The translations under genes and the position numbers were made by a program. 38,117 nucleotides of DNA from Octopus bimaculoides. Its lineage: Eukaryota. The notes beneath the pieces were generated by a model. It ran no database searches. It saw only the letters and a program-made list of their open reading frames with translations, and was not told the DNA's origin. Position 1 is the stretch's first letter. Every line of letters begins with the position of its first letter. The stretch covers positions 106,126,518 to 106,164,634 of the forward strand of contig NC_068986.1 in assembly GCF_001194135.2 (NCBI RefSeq), in the 5' to 3' direction. Below are positions 35,511 through 38,117 of this stretch, in pieces.

Positions 35511-36863
35511 AGGTTATTAGTTATTTTAGATTAGAAAATTTGTTGATTGAATATCTTCGGTCGATGTTCTATATGAGTAGAATGATAAGTAGTCGAGTTT
35601 TAAGCTGATATTCATAAAATAAATTTTTTTCAGATTGGTTTACGCAGTGATTGTTTGCGGAATTTGTTTTCTTCCTTTATCTAAGATTGCTTTGAAATAC
35701 CTAACAAATGATGGAAACCATCCCACGCTCCTCATTAGTCTANNNNNNNNNNNNNNNNNNNNNNNNNNNNNNNNNNNNNNNNNNNNNNNNNNNNNNNNNN
35801 NNNNNNNNNNNNNNNNNNNNNNNNNNNNNNNNNNNNNNNNNNNNNNNNNNNNNNNNNNNNNNNNNNNNNNNNNNNNNNNNNNNNNNNNNNNNNNNNNNNN
35901 NNNNNNNNNNNNNNNNNNNNNNNNNNNNNNNNNNNNNNNNNNNNNNNNNNNNNNNNNNNNNNNNNNNNNNNNNNNNNNNNNNNNNNNNNNNNNNNNNNNN
36001 NNNNNNNNNNNNNNNNNNNNNNNNNNNNNNNNNNNNNNNNNNNNNNNNNNNNNNNNNNNNNNNNNNNNNNNNNNNNNNNNNNNNNNNNNNNNNNNNNNNN
36101 NNNNNNNNNNNNNNNNNNNNNNNNNNNNNNNNNNNNNNNNNNNNNNNNNNNNNNNNNNNNNNNNNNNNNNNNNNNNNNNNNNNNNNNNNNNNNNNNNNNN
36201 NNNNNNNNNNNNNNNNNNNNNNNNNNNNNNNNNNNNNNNNNNNNNNNNNNNNNNNNNNNNNNNNNNNNNNNNNNNNNNNNNNNNNNNNNNNNNNNNNNNN
36301 NNNNNNNNNNNNNNNNNNNNNNNNNNNNNNNNNNNNNNNNNNNNNNNNNNNNNNNNNNNNNNNNNNNNNNNNNNNNNNNNNNNNNNNNNNNNNNNNNNNN
36401 NNNNNNNNNNNNNNNNNNNNNNNNNNNNNNNNNNNNNNNNNNNNNNNNNNNNNNNNNNNNNNNNNNNNNNNNNNNNNNNNNNNNNNNNNNNNNNNNNNNN
36501 NNNNNNNNNNNNNNNNNNNNNNNNNNNNNNNNNNNNNNNNNNNNNNNNNNNNNNNNNNNNNNNNNNNNNNNNNNNNNNNNNNNNNNNNNNNNNNNNNNNN
36601 NNNNNNNNNNNNNNTATATATATACAACCAACACACAGACACGCACGCACATATATGTATATACATAATGAAAGCTTTGTTATGAAGTGGAAGTCACCTT
36701 CAATGAAATGACTCAAAAAGCGAAGAAGTTAAAAAAGAAGACTAGCATGAAGGGAACGAGATGGAGAAAATAACGTAGGAGAGTGAAAGGAGGAAGAAAA
36801 GAAGAAAGGGAGAGGTGGAAGAAGATTCCGAAAAAAGGAATTAGAAGAATGAGAGATCAAAAT

Positions 36864-36913
36864 GGAGAGCGAGAGAGATAGATAGATAGATAGAGAGATA
36901 GATAGAGAGATAG

Positions 36914-36974
<61 letters not shown>

Positions 36975-36980
36975 TAGAGA
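36864..36980. repeat. (GATA)n/(GA)n microsatellite
   Basis: Direct reading. Confidence 0.95.
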
Positions 36981-37139
36981 ATAAGAAGAAAATTACGGAG
37001 AGGAAATACGATAAGACAAGGAACAAGAACGAGAAGAAGAACAAGAAAAGTGACAGGAGGAGAGCTGAGTTATATGCTGGTAGCAAAGGACCATACAATT
37101 CACGATCGAAAGATTATTCATGTAATGTATATACTAAGG

Positions 37140-37960
37140 CTAATCTACCAAATATAACACAGGAATTTCATCGTAAAAGTACAGATCTCCGAAATCCCAT
37201 CTATTTTACAAACCTCAAACCTCAAATTATATTTAAGAAGAGCTTCATCTCCTATTTAGCTAACACAAAATATATCAGAAACCTTCGCTTAACTATTTCG
37301 CCATATTGAAGGTATTTGACAGCTTCTATTGAGCAAACATTTCTCTATATTTAACACTACACCACCTTCTATAAGCCTTTATTTATTATATCTCTGTTAT
37401 TCAGCACTTACTCAATGACTTCTTTATCTATTATACTTTAACTGTACTCTGTCTTCGTCCTTTAATTTCTTTAAACAGTTCAACATAATCATATTATCGA
37501 TTTTTTTGTTTTTACACTCTGATCTTTACGAATCAATTTTCTTCTTAGTAACATGACTTTACAGTTTATTTAACAACGTTTTTATGTTCTTCCAGAATAA
37601 AGTTACTAGTTGTATTTTATTTTCCGTTTTACCTTGAAAATCCTTAATCCAATATACCACCTTCCTAATTTACGATGAGTCATTTTTACAATGGTAACAT
37701 TCTTTTTCGTTTAGAGCTCTTAATGTAATTTTAATGTTATTTTTTCCTTAAAACATATCCAACATCTTGGATTTTCCAACAAGTTTTCTTTATTCACCGA
37801 GTTTTCTTTTATGCTAATATTTACTCCGTCTCTTTCACTTCTCAATTTCTCTGCAGATTCCTAACGTTTTCTTTATAAAACATCTTATCATTTTTTTTTT
37901 TTTGCTTTCATATGTAATTATATCTTTTAAACCTGCAGTTTACATCTGCAAAAATCCCGA
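37140..37960 (-). mobile_element. Possible very old CR1-like RT remnant
   Basis: Scattered minus-strand motifs in RT order: NLLE, VYWIKDF, DEDRVQL, LNIEKC, KYNLR. No YADD recoverable. Confidence 0.3.
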
Positions 37961-38003
37961 CCGCTAGAATATCGTTCATTTACCATTTCAGAATCTAACC
38001 CCA

Positions 38004-38117
38004 TTCTTCTTCTTCTTCTTCTTCTTCTTCTTCTTCTTCTTCTTCTTCTTCTTCTTCTTCTTCTTCTTCTTCTTCTTCTTCTTCTTCTTCCACTTCTCCT
38101 TCTTCTCCTTCCTCTTC
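38004..38117. repeat. (TTC)n microsatellite
   Basis: Direct reading; runs to the window end. Confidence 0.95.

Overview
Eukaryotic, AT-rich, repeat-dominated intergenic or intronic DNA from a gapped short-read scaffold: 13 N-gaps totalling about 5.1 kb, many bordered by (TA)n. The SINE sequences and microsatellite load match my recollection of Octopus (coleoid cephalopod) repeats; this is inference, not a database result. I cannot support any intact protein-coding gene, tRNA, rRNA or CRISPR array, and almost all of the ORF track is N-gap or microsatellite artefact. Supportable content: (1) four tRNA-headed SINE families, labelled A-D here for convenience, about 16 copies or fragments; (2) decayed non-LTR retrotransposons: a cluster of R4/Dong-like (CCHC + restriction-like endonuclease) pieces at (AAT)n tracts, a minus-strand R4-like N-terminus/RT piece, a CR1/L2-group RT, an RTE/Expander-like 3' end and a Penelope-like piece; (3) hAT- and mariner-type MITEs or remnants, plus a long-inverted-repeat (foldback) element; (4) many simple and compound microsatellites. 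I found no convincing new biological system. The most interesting observations are an RT-less, internally deleted R4/Dong-like element, the pile-up of R4-like ends on (AAT)n, a SINE family with three interchangeable 3' tails, two long hairpin-forming structures, in-phase single-step trinucleotide ladders, and a speculative phase-compatible micro-exon chain. Element boundaries were read by eye and are approximate unless TIRs or TSDs are given.
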